From sequence record SRR22947727_962: a stretch of 32,397 nucleotides of DNA. One strand, 5' to 3'. The translations under genes and the position numbers were made by a program. Under the pieces are notes generated by a model. The model did not search any database, was not told the DNA's origin, and saw only the letters and a list, made by a program, of their open reading frames with translations. This document shows, piece by piece, positions 1-9,620 of the stretch (the first letter of the stretch is position 1; every line of letters starts with the position of its first letter).

Positions 1-1
1 A

Positions 2-490
2 GAGCAGATTGTGAAAGTTCTCAAATTGCGGACTTCAAATGAGATGGCGCAAGATGCAGCTAATGAAGCTCGGAACACGTTGCTCGAGGCGATCAAAGCA
101 GGGAAGTCATTTGCTGAAGCTGCCAAGGGCGCAGGACTTGAAGTTCGTAAAATCCCGAACTTTTCTCAGTCAGAGCCACCGGCAGAGACGGAAGATGCGA
201 ATGCGATTTTGTATTCAGTTTCTGGAACAAGTGCGGGTGAGCTTGGAGAAGTGGTCGCCAAACCAAACGGAGGCGGATATTTGCTCTCTTACGTTGATAA
301 GATCGAGATTTACGGAGATTCTTCCAAGGAAACTAAATTGGGACTGTTGAGCTCAGCGCAGAAGCGGGAAGATCAGAACAACCTCTTTGCTGCCTGGTTC
401 AATCAGCGTCGATCCGAAGCGGGTGCTCAGCGCAGGGGACGCATCGTTCCTGAAGAAGAAATTCCTAACGAAGAAAGTCCTGCCAGCTGA
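2..490 (+). CDS. C-terminal part of a SurA/PpiD-like periplasmic chaperone/peptidylprolyl isomerase (5'-truncated by window edge)
   Basis: Frame is open from base 2. 'GKSFAEAAKGAGL...GELGEVV...GYLL' and 'LFAAWFNQRR' resemble the PpiD/SurA C-terminal region. Confidence 0.6.
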   Translation, partial: EQIVKVLKLRTSNEMAQDAANEARNTLLEAIKAGKSFAEAAKGAGLEVRKIPNFSQSEPPAETEDANAILYSVSGTSAGELGEVVAKPNGGGYLLSYVDKIEIYGDSSKETKLGLLSSAQKREDQNNLFAAWFNQRRSEAGAQRRGRIVPEEEIPNEESPAS

Positions 491-517
491 ACCTGAAACT
501 GCATCACGCAATCGATT

Positions 518-865
518 ATGTCCGACGCTCCCGATTTGGACGAAATGTTCGACGACGCCAATGGTGAATTGGCGATCGGCGATTTGGAGTCTGCCGTGGC
601 AAAGTATCGAAAATGCGTAGAACTGGATCCCGATTTCTTTGACGGCTGGCACGCCCTTGGAATGGCTTTGATGAAGACCGGTGAGATCAAATCTGCAATC
701 GGAGCAGGGCTTCAGGCGACGACGCTCCAGCCAAACGATCTGTTGGCATGGACGGGGCTATCGCAAATGTATGTTCAAGACGGGCAGATTGGGGAGGCCG
801 AATTCGCGAAAGGCAATGCGCGAATTCTATCTTTGGGCGGAAAAGTCGTGAAGGACGAAGGCTAA
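518..865 (+). CDS. Tetratricopeptide repeat protein
   Basis: TPR-like helices: 'AVAKYRKCVELDPDFFDGWHALGMAL', 'LQPNDLLAWTGLSQMY'. Confidence 0.85.
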   Translation: MSDAPDLDEMFDDANGELAIGDLESAVAKYRKCVELDPDFFDGWHALGMALMKTGEIKSAIGAGLQATTLQPNDLLAWTGLSQMYVQDGQIGEAEFAKGNARILSLGGKVVKDEG

Positions 866-871
866 GCTGAA

Positions 872-2263
872 TTATTTAGCCGCTGGATTTTTCTTCTTGG
901 TTTTGTTCTTTTGATTCTTCTTCGCCTTCACTTTGTCCGGTCCTCTTTTGGCGCTTTGAATTGGGTCGCTCGCAATTGTCGTTTTTACATGTTCGTCGAG
1001 CGCGGATTGGAGTGAAGCGATGACAGACTGTTCGGCGTCACTCAATTTATTTTTTTCGAGTGGAGATTTTTCGAAAGGGTCAGCAGCAGTGTCAAAAATC
1101 TTTCCGTTGGCGTAGACTTTGAATCGCTGATTCCGCACGTGTTGGCTGGCTTTCTCTCGTTTTCCGTCACGCTCATACCAGCAGTAAATGTGATCTTTTT
1201 TCCGATCCTCTCCTTTAAAAAGCGGGACTAGGCTGACGCCATCTGCGGTGTCAGGGATTTTGGCACCACCGATTTCAGCAACCGTGGGGAAGACGTCTGA
1301 GAAATCGACTAAATCATCTTTCACCTGTCCGGCCTTGATGGTTCCCGGCCAACTGGCTACGAATCCGACGTGGGTTCCATTGTCCACTGGACTTCCTTTA
1401 CCTCCCTTGTATTCGCGCCCGTCCAATTCAGACGTCACTCCTGTGTAGGTGCCGTTATCTCCCGTCCACATGACAAGCGTATTTTCCCGAATCCCGAGCG
1501 CATCCAAATTATCGACGAGTTTTCCGACCATTTTATCGGTGTAGCGAACCATCGCGTCCCAGTATTTTTGATCTTTAAAACCGCCTGGCTCGTTTTTTTG
1601 ATCACGCCACATTTCAGGATCCCAATCGGGGTGATCCGGAGTTGGGACAAAAGGCCAATGCGGAGCAATCATCGGGTAATACACGAAGAAGGGTGCCTCA
1701 TCATCTTTGTGAGTTTTTACGTAATCGTTGATGTAATCCGTAACTACATTAGGTCCGAATTCTCCGTTTTTGAAATCCCGTTCTTTGCCGTCAATTTCGA
1801 GCCCTGGATTGGGATAGCGGCTTGGACGACGGGTGAGTTGCCAGAGGCAATAATTATCAAAGCCAAATTTAGCAGGGCCTTCAAATCCGCCGCCCAGCTG
1901 CCACTTACCGGCAATCATGGTTTTGTAGCCGGCGTTTTTCATCGCGTGCCCGAACGTGTGCGCTTCAGGATCGAGAAGCCCAAATTTGATATAATTCCGA
2001 TTGTTGTAAATTCCGGTCATGATCTGAACCCGGGACGGAGTGCAGATTGGCTGCGAATGGGCATGGTTGAATCGAATTCCCGAAGCAGCCAGCTTATCAA
2101 TGTTAGGCGTTTCATACATCGCACTGCCGTAACAGGAGAGACACTCGTATCCGATGTCATCGGCCATGATCATGATGACGTTTGGCCTTTCAGTTGCACC
2201 CCCGTTTCCGAAAGCTACAAAAATGAGTGCGGTCGTGAGAGCAATAAAGCTGCGGAAATTCAT
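872..2263 (-). CDS. Exported formylglycine-dependent sulfatase (arylsulfatase A family)
   Basis: Signal peptide; 'RPNVIMIMADD', CxPxR motif 'CTPSR', 'GKWQL', 'GDNG'. Confidence 0.93.
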   Translation of the reverse strand: MNFRSFIALTTALIFVAFGNGGATERPNVIMIMADDIGYECLSCYGSAMYETPNIDKLAASGIRFNHAHSQPICTPSRVQIMTGIYNNRNYIKFGLLDPEAHTFGHAMKNAGYKTMIAGKWQLGGGFEGPAKFGFDNYCLWQLTRRPSRYPNPGLEIDGKERDFKNGEFGPNVVTDYINDYVKTHKDDEAPFFVYYPMIAPHWPFVPTPDHPDWDPEMWRDQKNEPGGFKDQKYWDAMVRYTDKMVGKLVDNLDALGIRENTLVMWTGDNGTYTGVTSELDGREYKGGKGSPVDNGTHVGFVASWPGTIKAGQVKDDLVDFSDVFPTVAEIGGAKIPDTADGVSLVPLFKGEDRKKDHIYCWYERDGKREKASQHVRNQRFKVYANGKIFDTAADPFEKSPLEKNKLSDAEQSVIASLQSALDEHVKTTIASDPIQSAKRGPDKVKAKKNQKNKTKKKNPAAK

Positions 2264-2392
2264 GTCTTATTATCCATACTTTTCTTAATCGGGAGGATAA
2301 AATATCATCCCACGAAGAGGTGGCAGATTTGAAGGCCTTAAATCTCAAAAAATTCCTGTATTCCAAATATTATCGTGGCTTATTCCCTTTCG

Positions 2393-3406
2393 ATGAAAAT
2401 CCCTTCAAAGAAGTCGCCATTTTTCCACCGCCTGATTGCGGCGGCTTTGGGCGTTCTGTTAGCGGGGATTTCGGGCTGCCAAAAAAGTGAGCCTCCTCCG
2501 CCGGCGGCAACTGATACGGCTTTGTTGCAACGGGCGATGGACTTGCAACGGCAAGTCTACGCCTTGGAGATCGAAAAGCAGAAGTTTCAGCAAGACGCAT
2601 CGCAGGCTGAATCGTTGCGGAAGCAATTCGCAGAAGAAATTACAGAATTTGAACGCGCCAAGCTTGAACGCGATAAAATCAAACAAGATTTCGCGTCGCT
2701 GGATCGGGACTACAAAGAGTTGATCGAGCAACTGAAACCGATCAACGAGCTTCTGACGAAGTATGAAAATCAGCTGCGACAGAATTTGAAAGGCGAGGAA
2801 CTCGGCAACGTTGAACTTCGCGACGGGCGGATTCTGGAATCCGCATTTGTAGAAAAGGTGGCCGCCGAATGGGTCTCGTTGAAACATTCAGCAGGGATCT
2901 CCAATATCGATTTCAACATGTTGCCGGACAATCTACAGCGGAAATTCTCTTTTCGCCCCGCGATGGTCTCGACCGATAGTTTAATGGCTCAGGAGCCGGT
3001 CACCAGGGAGTCGACCAAGCCAGTTTTTAGCCCGGAGGACGCCGCAAAAGCCATGCATGAAGCTATGGCGGCTGAGCGGGAAAATACCCATCGAAAGCAA
3101 CAAACCGAATATCGTGAAAAAATTGCGAAACTAACGGAAGAAATCGGGAATTATAAAGCGCTTGTCTCCAGAATCTCGAAAGAGCGCTCCGCAAACCGAT
3201 CCGAAATGGGCCGGTCCAGGAAGATTAAGATTTCTCAGGCTGACAAAGATAAGGCGATGAGGGGTTACGATTATAGAATTCAGCAAGCAGAACGTGAGGT
3301 AATGGCTCGCGAGGCCAAGCTTTCCGCATTAAAAAGTATGCTGGCTCCCATTCCTAAAAAGTCGGGGCCTTCCACAAAAGCTGAGTCGGATCCTTTTGCC
3401 GGATAA
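2393..3406 (+). CDS. Hypothetical coiled-coil lipoprotein
   Basis: ATG at 2393 (alternative GTG 2375); lipobox-like 'LLAGISGC'; two helical charged regions flanking a small beta-rich domain ('ELRDGRIL...LKHSAGISNIDFNMLPDNLQRKF'). Confidence 0.75.
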   Translation: MKIPSKKSPFFHRLIAAALGVLLAGISGCQKSEPPPPAATDTALLQRAMDLQRQVYALEIEKQKFQQDASQAESLRKQFAEEITEFERAKLERDKIKQDFASLDRDYKELIEQLKPINELLTKYENQLRQNLKGEELGNVELRDGRILESAFVEKVAAEWVSLKHSAGISNIDFNMLPDNLQRKFSFRPAMVSTDSLMAQEPVTRESTKPVFSPEDAAKAMHEAMAAERENTHRKQQTEYREKIAKLTEEIGNYKALVSRISKERSANRSEMGRSRKIKISQADKDKAMRGYDYRIQQAEREVMAREAKLSALKSMLAPIPKKSGPSTKAESDPFAG

Positions 3407-3419
3407 AATCGATGGAGAC

Positions 3420-3457
3420 AAAAAAAGAGCCCGACGATTTTCACCGTCGAGCTCTTT
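3420..3457 (-). terminator. Intrinsic terminator, possibly bidirectional
   Basis: Minus strand AAAGAGCTCGACG-GTGAAAAT-CGTCGGGCTCTTT running into a T-tract; lies between convergent genes. Confidence 0.85.
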
Positions 3458-3486
3458 ATTAAAAGTTAGATCAATAGACGATCAAC

Positions 3487-3783
3487 TTACGCCGCTTTTT
3501 TCTTCTTAGCCGCGATTTTTACTGAATCGGCCTTCTCGTGCTCGTGGACGATTTCAACGCGCTTTCCGTCGAGATCTTCGATCTTCGCTTCAGCTCCGTC
3601 TTTGCCGGTAATTTTGGTGCCAGCTTGCAGGGTGATTGGCTTTTTAGCCCCTTTTACGGTCAGGGTTTTTGCGTCTGCGTCATAAGTGAGTTTGCCTTCG
3701 ACTGTGACTTTTTTACCGCAACCGGCATATGAAGATGTGGCTGCAAGTGCAACAACAGCAAGAATTGAAAGAATTTTTTTCAT
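3487..3783 (-). CDS. Small exported basic hypothetical protein
   Basis: Signal peptide 'MKKILSILAVVALAATSSYA'; beta-strand-rich body; poly-Lys tail; followed by a terminator. Confidence 0.8.
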   Translation of the reverse strand: MKKILSILAVVALAATSSYAGCGKKVTVEGKLTYDADAKTLTVKGAKKPITLQAGTKITGKDGAEAKIEDLDGKRVEIVHEHEKADSVKIAAKKKKAA

Positions 3784-3945
3784 GTTGAGATTCTGGATTT
3801 GGTTTGTGAAAGTAGAGATTTTCTCAGCTTTTCGTTAAGGATATAATCTCAAAAATTACAGGACGAACAAGAGAATAATTTCACACGAAGAGGTGCTAAG
3901 AATTACCTCAACCCATTCGTTGCAAATAGCGTATGGTGAGTCCAG

Positions 3946-4599
3946 ATGAATTTTCGCTTAACTGTCATCGTTATTATTACCCTGGTCTTTGGAACCGTTG
4001 TTATGGCTCATCCCATACCGGACATTCCGGTTCGGGCTTTTTTTTATGGTAGTGGAAAAGCGCGGATTGAAGTTGAAATCGATCCCCGCTGTTTTCTGGA
4101 AGACCCAAACGAAGAGCTCTACATGCTGTATTGGTATTTTCAGCGGTGCGACGAGGCTGAGAAGCAGAAAATGATCGACGACGCAATTGCGTTTGTTCCT
4201 ACGCGTCTGAAATTCGCTTTTGAGTCAAGTCAGGGCGTTCGGAAACCAAAATACGAAGTCGACTTTACAACTCATGACGGTCGTCCGCTCGAGAAGCTGG
4301 ATGACCCGGTGGTGATGCGATTGGTTTGGGAAACCGTTCTTCCTAAAACTGCAAAAACCTATCAGATCCAGACAAAAAAAGTGGGTATTCTCAGTGTCAT
4401 TCCTTTGAATCACGTGAACAACGAAGCTGTCGAAAAAGTTCAAGTTCTGTTTCCCGGAGAAGACAGCTACGTATTGGACCTTCCCGAGAGACTTTCCGAA
4501 GAAGAGATTCGTTCCATAATGACGAAACCGTTGATTTTCGGAGTGGGTCTCTTGATTGCGTTTATTTTTCTCCGGACTTTTCGCCGGTTTTCCAAGTAG
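3946..4599 (+). CDS. Hypothetical exported protein with C-terminal membrane anchor
   Basis: Signal peptide ending 'VMA-HP'; C-terminal TM helix followed by 'RTFRRFSK'. Confidence 0.75.
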   Translation: MNFRLTVIVIITLVFGTVVMAHPIPDIPVRAFFYGSGKARIEVEIDPRCFLEDPNEELYMLYWYFQRCDEAEKQKMIDDAIAFVPTRLKFAFESSQGVRKPKYEVDFTTHDGRPLEKLDDPVVMRLVWETVLPKTAKTYQIQTKKVGILSVIPLNHVNNEAVEKVQVLFPGEDSYVLDLPERLSEEEIRSIMTKPLIFGVGLLIAFIFLRTFRRFSK

Positions 4600-4629
4600 T
4601 GGATTTTTCGTTCGAATACTATCTGATCG

Positions 4630-4658
4630 TTGCGGATTTTGGCGGTCCGATATAGATT
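4630..4658 (+). promoter_or_regulatory. Candidate sigma70-type promoter
   Basis: TTGCGG(4630-35)-N17-TAGATT(4653-58), ending 6 nt before ATG 4665. Confidence 0.4.
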
Positions 4659-4664
4659 TCGCCC

Positions 4665-5090
4665 ATGGCCAACCTACTTGATTTATGCAGTGACCTTGCG
4701 GTGCGTTCGTTTCAAAAAAGAGACGTTGTCTTAAAGGAGGATGAAAAGGACGGCGAAATCCTGATCCTGAAATCCGGCACGCTTGAAATTCAAAAAAGCG
4801 GCACAGTAGTGACCACGGTCGCTAACCCAGGTTCCATTGTAGGGGAAATTGCTGTGTTGTTGGATCGGGGGCATTCAGCGACTGCCATCGCACTCTCCGA
4901 TTGCGAACTGTATGTCATGGAAGCAGCCAAAGCAGAATTGGCGGCGCATCCCGAGCTTTACCGCGAAGTTGCCCGTGTATTGGCGAATAGATTGATGCGC
5001 GTCAGTGATGCGATTGTCGAGCTCCGCAACCGCGTCGAAGTTGAAAAAGAATTCAGCGATTTTGAATTATCGATGTTCTGGGATCTATGA
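4665..5090 (+). CDS. Stand-alone cyclic nucleotide-binding (cNMP) domain protein
   Basis: 'ILKSGTLEI...PGSIVGEIAVLLDRGHSATAIALSDCEL' matches the cNMP-binding fold; no HTH follows. Confidence 0.88.
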   Translation: MANLLDLCSDLAVRSFQKRDVVLKEDEKDGEILILKSGTLEIQKSGTVVTTVANPGSIVGEIAVLLDRGHSATAIALSDCELYVMEAAKAELAAHPELYREVARVLANRLMRVSDAIVELRNRVEVEKEFSDFELSMFWDL

Positions 5091-5420
5091 TTCTGCAGCC
5101 GGTCCAGTTTCCGGCCGGATCGTTCCACAATTCCAGCACTCGCCGAATTCCTTTCCCACGTCTTCTTTGCACTTTTGGCAAACCCAGTCGGTGAGATCTT
5201 CAGTTTCAGGGGGCTCGTAGCTTTCCAAAACGGAAATTGCGCGAGGGTAATCCGCTTCGTCGACGACCCACAATTCAGGCCAGACTTCGTGGAACGGAAT
5301 TTCACCGGATGCGCCTGAAGCCCCGAGGTTTTTGATGTGTGTTGTGATTCCCGCGTGTTCCAGAATCGATTGGAAATGCCCCACCCGCGAAAAGTCGATG
5401 TGTTCGAAGATTTTTTTCAT
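5085..5420 (-). CDS. DUF2007-like protein with C-terminal RanBP2-like Zn finger
   Basis: 'QSILEHAGITTHIKN...WPELWVVDEADYPRA' plus 'WVCQKC...FGECWNCG'. Confidence 0.8.
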   Translation of the reverse strand: MKKIFEHIDFSRVGHFQSILEHAGITTHIKNLGASGASGEIPFHEVWPELWVVDEADYPRAISVLESYEPPETEDLTDWVCQKCKEDVGKEFGECWNCGTIRPETGPAAES

Positions 5421-5446
5421 CTAGGTGTGGATCAATTTCTCGCGGC

Positions 5447-8176
5447 TCAGTTGTCCTTTAAAAAGGCAACGATATCCGCCACATCTTGATTAGTCAGTCC
5501 GAGCTGGGCACCCGACATCATCAATGATCGGTTCAGCTTGCCCTTCGATTTGATCTTCTTCTTCGGGATCAACTGGCGAATGCCACCGTTGCTCAGAATA
5601 ATGACCGGATCACCCTCAGCAAGCGGCAGGCCGTGAACGGTTTTGCCGCCTTTGGTTTTCACTACAATCGCATCGTAGCCGTGAGCAATGTCAGCACTTG
5701 GTTCGATGATCGAACGGGCGATCACATCGCTGGTTTGCGTTGCGCCCCATCCGTCCAGAGTTGGGCCAACTTCCATTCCGATCTCGCCAATCTTGTGGCA
5801 CATGATGCAGCGCTGAGCAGCAATCTTCCCCTTCTCTACGTCGCCAGTCAGTTTCAGAACAGCCGCCACATCGAGTGTGTTTTCAGGTCCGTCCTTTGGA
5901 TCGGCAGACAGAATTTCCTGAATCTCAATTTTGTCGGGATCATAAATTCCGCGATCTTTCAGCGCAGGTCCCAAATTGTAATCTTTCCAGTTATTGGTGG
6001 ACCTGTTGATCAACCACCAAACCGCATCCGCTTTCAACGGGCCATCCAACTGTCCAATCGTCATCATCGCCTCTGCGGCTGTCTTGGTATTGATAAATGC
6101 CAGCGCGTCCATGGAACGCTTCCGCTCCTCATACGAAAGCCCTTCCGTCTGCGCCCGCACGAGGAGATCGTTCGTCGCTTTTGGTGGATGAAGCCGCCAC
6201 GCGATGTCAGCAAATGCCTTGCTCCAAGCACGTGAATCATCACTGCCCAGTTCTTTCTTCGCGGCCGTATAAATAGCCTCTTCTTTGCCTGTCGCGCCCG
6301 TTCCGAAAGCTTCCAAATAGCTCCGGTCTTCGCCGTCATATCCTTTTGCGATATCGAGGAGAATCTCTTTCGCGATGTCCAACGGCTGATCCCGCATCGC
6401 GAGGGCAACCTCACGACGAACCGCCGGATCCGGATCATTGGCGAGTCGAATCGCACTGCCCGTAAAATCGAGATTTGCCCGACGCATCGCACGAAATGCA
6501 GCGATTCTCATCTGAGGCTCAATCTGCTCTTCAGGATAACCAGCCTTGCGAGGACCGCTGATTCCCAGTTGATAAAGCAAGTGAATGGCCCGGCCGCGAA
6601 TGTAAGGATTGTCTTCGGTGAGAAGCTCGGCAACTGCATCAAGCGATGCGCGTCCCTTTGCTTTCAGGGCCGTAAATCCGATCGCGCGAACGTTGCTTGC
6701 GGGAGATTTCAGAGCTTCGATTTGTCCCTCCGTAGTCGTCAGATCCAATTTCGGAACTACTGATTTAAAGCCTTTTGGGGCAATTCGGTAAATCGCGCCT
6801 GAGCAAGTTTCATCCAGATCCGAATGGCCGCCAACACGCGGGTCATACCAATCGGAAACGTAAAGCGCTCCGTCGGGACCAATCGCAATGTCACTCGGAC
6901 GGAACAGTGTTTTCACCTCCTTATTTACACTGTCGCTGCCGCCGAGAAAATCTGATCCCGCAAAATCTTTCTCTGCATTCGAAGTCAGAAAATCGTTTTG
7001 GTTCAATTCAAATCCCGCACCTTTCAATTCAGGTTGGTAGGAGAAAACCGTGTTTCGACCAGGCTCGCAGGCCAAAAACGTTCCGATGAAATCTTCACCT
7101 AACGCGCCGTTTTCGTAATACACATTACCCGTTGGAGAGCCGCCACCGTAAATGTCACCCGCCGGAGTTGAACCCGGATCTTCCTGACGCCATTCTGCAA
7201 TCTGAGTTGATTGGCCGGGGCGCTTGTCAGCTTTCCATGAGCGCTGACCGTCATTCGATGCAAAACCGAAGTTCGCATATTCCATCACCCAGCTGACGCG
7301 ACATGCCGGAGGGTCATCATTATCATTTTGGAAAACGTCGCCGAGCGAAGAGATCGACTGCTCGTAACTGTTCCGATAATTGTGACCGATGATTTCCGCG
7401 TTCGTTCCGTCAGGATTCATCCGCACCGTAAATCCACCGACGTAAATGTGCCCGTCATCGGAAGGAAGGCCTGCATATTTCGAACCATCATGAGGATAAG
7501 GAAAAGGGCCGATCGGCTTGGGGCGGTAGGCACCGAAAATCCGGAACGTTTTGCCGCTTTTATCCGTGAACATCCCGCCAGTGTTACCTGAGTTAAAATA
7601 CCATTTTCCATCGGGACCAACGGTGACCGAGTGAAGTGAGTGGTCATGATTCTGGCCGTTGAAACCCGTGAGCAAAATTTCGCGAGTGTCTCCTTTTTCG
7701 GCATCGAATTTCAAATCGCGATCGTTGTCGGTGTAAACCAGCAGGTGAGGCGGCTGCGAAACCACGATTTTATTATCAATCACCGCAACGCCGAGCGGAG
7801 CCACCAATGCAGGCTCTTGAACAAACGTGTGGGTCGAATCTGCAGTTCCATCGCCATTCGTATCTTCCAACACCACGATGCGATCACCTTCCGGCTGGCG
7901 CTCATGATTTCGGCGATAACGAACGCCTTCAGCAATCCAAATACGACCATCTTTGTCGATGTCGATATTGGTGGGGTTAAAAAACATGGGGGCAGATGCC
8001 CATTCAGTGACCTCCAGCCCATCGGGAACCGTGAACAGATCGAGCGGCACCGTTTCGTGTTTTGCATCCCGGAAGTTGCCGGGCTTTGCCGGGTCAGCGG
8101 GACTATTTTGCGCCATCGCAGAGAAGCCAGTCACCCCTGCAAGAGCGGAAAGAAGAAGGTTTTTATAAAGTGCCAT
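5447..8176 (-). CDS. PVC-type membrane-bound dehydrogenase-like protein with HEAT repeats and C-terminal CxxCH cytochrome c
   Basis: N-terminal 'VPDGLEVTEWASAPMFFNP...GDRIVVLEDTNGDG' beta-propeller; 'RPSDIAIGPDGALYVSDW'; HEAT repeats; 'CIMCH...VGPTL...IIEPSADIAHGY'. Confidence 0.92.
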   Translation of the reverse strand: MALYKNLLLSALAGVTGFSAMAQNSPADPAKPGNFRDAKHETVPLDLFTVPDGLEVTEWASAPMFFNPTNIDIDKDGRIWIAEGVRYRRNHERQPEGDRIVVLEDTNGDGTADSTHTFVQEPALVAPLGVAVIDNKIVVSQPPHLLVYTDNDRDLKFDAEKGDTREILLTGFNGQNHDHSLHSVTVGPDGKWYFNSGNTGGMFTDKSGKTFRIFGAYRPKPIGPFPYPHDGSKYAGLPSDDGHIYVGGFTVRMNPDGTNAEIIGHNYRNSYEQSISSLGDVFQNDNDDPPACRVSWVMEYANFGFASNDGQRSWKADKRPGQSTQIAEWRQEDPGSTPAGDIYGGGSPTGNVYYENGALGEDFIGTFLACEPGRNTVFSYQPELKGAGFELNQNDFLTSNAEKDFAGSDFLGGSDSVNKEVKTLFRPSDIAIGPDGALYVSDWYDPRVGGHSDLDETCSGAIYRIAPKGFKSVVPKLDLTTTEGQIEALKSPASNVRAIGFTALKAKGRASLDAVAELLTEDNPYIRGRAIHLLYQLGISGPRKAGYPEEQIEPQMRIAAFRAMRRANLDFTGSAIRLANDPDPAVRREVALAMRDQPLDIAKEILLDIAKGYDGEDRSYLEAFGTGATGKEEAIYTAAKKELGSDDSRAWSKAFADIAWRLHPPKATNDLLVRAQTEGLSYEERKRSMDALAFINTKTAAEAMMTIGQLDGPLKADAVWWLINRSTNNWKDYNLGPALKDRGIYDPDKIEIQEILSADPKDGPENTLDVAAVLKLTGDVEKGKIAAQRCIMCHKIGEIGMEVGPTLDGWGATQTSDVIARSIIEPSADIAHGYDAIVVKTKGGKTVHGLPLAEGDPVIILSNGGIRQLIPKKKIKSKGKLNRSLMMSGAQLGLTNQDVADIVAFLKDN

Positions 8177-8315
8177 AATGAATTCTTATTCTCCGCAACT
8201 GTCACGGAAGCACAGGAAAACTGCAAGCCTGTTACGGGTGGCGCAATGACATGGTTGAAACCTCAAGTTGCCTTTTCCTCAAACCTACACACATTCACTA
8301 ACACCCCGATTTTTC

Positions 8316-9572
8316 ATGGCTCAGACCTTCCAGACCCTCAAAGGATTTCGCGATTTCTTCCCCGAAGATTGCGCAGCACGAAACTATGTTTTCGACACGT
8401 GGCGTCGCGTCGCGAGCCGCTACGGCTTTCAAGAATATGAAGGCCCCATTCTCGAGCCAACTGATTTGTATCGTAAAAAAAGCGGCGACGAGATTGCCGG
8501 CCAGCTCTTTTGTTTTGAAGACAAAGGTAAGCGTGATGTTTCGATGCGCCCCGAGCTGACCCCAACGCTTGCCCGCATGGCTGCCGCTCGTCAGCGTGAT
8601 TTTAAAAAGCCGCTCAAGTGGTTTTCAATCGGCCAGTTTTTTCGCTACGAAAAACACCAAAAAGGTCGGGGTCGCGAATTTTATCAGTTCAATTGCGATA
8701 TTCTGGGTGAAGAATCTGTCGCTGCAGACGCCGAGTTAATTGCCCTTTCGATCGACTTGATGCGCGAACTCGGTTTCACTCCCGATGATTTTTCGATTCG
8801 TCTCAGTGATCGAAATGCATGGACAGATTTCGCTGCGTTGAACGGAGTAACGGAAGAAAAGGCCAACGATTTCCTTCAAATTATCGATAAGCTCGAGCGC
8901 GAGCGTCCTGAAAGATCAGATGAATTGCTCGGCGAGCTTGGTCTGTCTCTTCAACAAATTCGCGATTTCATCGCTACTGGCGAAGCTGCCTCTGAGCGGA
9001 TTGCGGCGATCAAAGCTGATCTGACTGGCCGTGGACTCGCTGAATTTGTGAAAGTTGATCTCAACATCGTTCGCGGCCTAGCCTACTACACCGGGGCCGT
9101 TTTCGAAGTCTTCGACGTCAGTAAAGGAATGCGTGCCGTCGCGGGTGGTGGTCGATACGATCAGCTCGTAAAACTTATCGGCAACGTCGATATGCCCGCT
9201 TGCGGGTTCGCGATGGGTGACATGGTCATCACTGATCTCATTCGTGAAACTGCCCACACCAATGAAAAGCTTGAAGCCGCCGTAGGCGAAGCGTCCGCGA
9301 TTGACGTATTTGTTGTCGTCGCTGACGAAGAAAAACGGGCGGATGCATTGGGTGTCGTTCAAAAACTCCGCAATGCCGGATTCCGAACCGGTTTGCCGCT
9401 GTCACCTGCAAAAGTCGGCAAGCAATTTCAATCAGCTGAGCAAAGCGGCGCGAAACACGCGGTCATCGTTGGATCAGAATTCCCAACCGTTTCTCTAAAA
9501 AATCTGGCCGCTCGCGAGGGAGAATCCTGCGATGCGGGTGAGTTGGTCGTAAAACTTTCCACGATCCAATAG
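8316..9572 (+). CDS. hisS: Histidine--tRNA ligase
   Basis: 'KGFRDF', 'MRPELT', 'FRYE...GRGREFYQ', 'VRGLAYYTG', 'GGGRYD'. ATG 8316 preferred over TTG 8268. Confidence 0.97.
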   Translation: MAQTFQTLKGFRDFFPEDCAARNYVFDTWRRVASRYGFQEYEGPILEPTDLYRKKSGDEIAGQLFCFEDKGKRDVSMRPELTPTLARMAAARQRDFKKPLKWFSIGQFFRYEKHQKGRGREFYQFNCDILGEESVAADAELIALSIDLMRELGFTPDDFSIRLSDRNAWTDFAALNGVTEEKANDFLQIIDKLERERPERSDELLGELGLSLQQIRDFIATGEAASERIAAIKADLTGRGLAEFVKVDLNIVRGLAYYTGAVFEVFDVSKGMRAVAGGGRYDQLVKLIGNVDMPACGFAMGDMVITDLIRETAHTNEKLEAAVGEASAIDVFVVVADEEKRADALGVVQKLRNAGFRTGLPLSPAKVGKQFQSAEQSGAKHAVIVGSEFPTVSLKNLAAREGESCDAGELVVKLSTIQ

Positions 9573-9605
9573 GGTTGATTCGTCGAACCAACAGGGTTAG
9601 ATCGT
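9562..9605 (+). repeat. 22-bp-unit dispersed repeat, locus A (2 tandem units)
   Basis: CGATCCAATAGGGT-TGATTCGT | CGAACCAACAGGGT-TAGATCGT; overlaps the hisS stop codon. Confidence 0.85.
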
Positions 9606-9620
9606 GGAACCGGTTAATTT

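Noticed and set aside
1370-2332. 320-aa antisense ORF over the sulfatase
   Set aside because: Shadow ORF of a well-supported gene, with no recognisable motifs.
3890-3899. CIRCE-like half site (TTAGCACCTC on the minus strand)
   Set aside because: No second arm at N9 spacing and no chaperone gene adjacent.
5633-8440. 200-aa and 266-aa plus-strand ORFs over the PVC dehydrogenase
   Set aside because: Antisense shadows without protein-like features.
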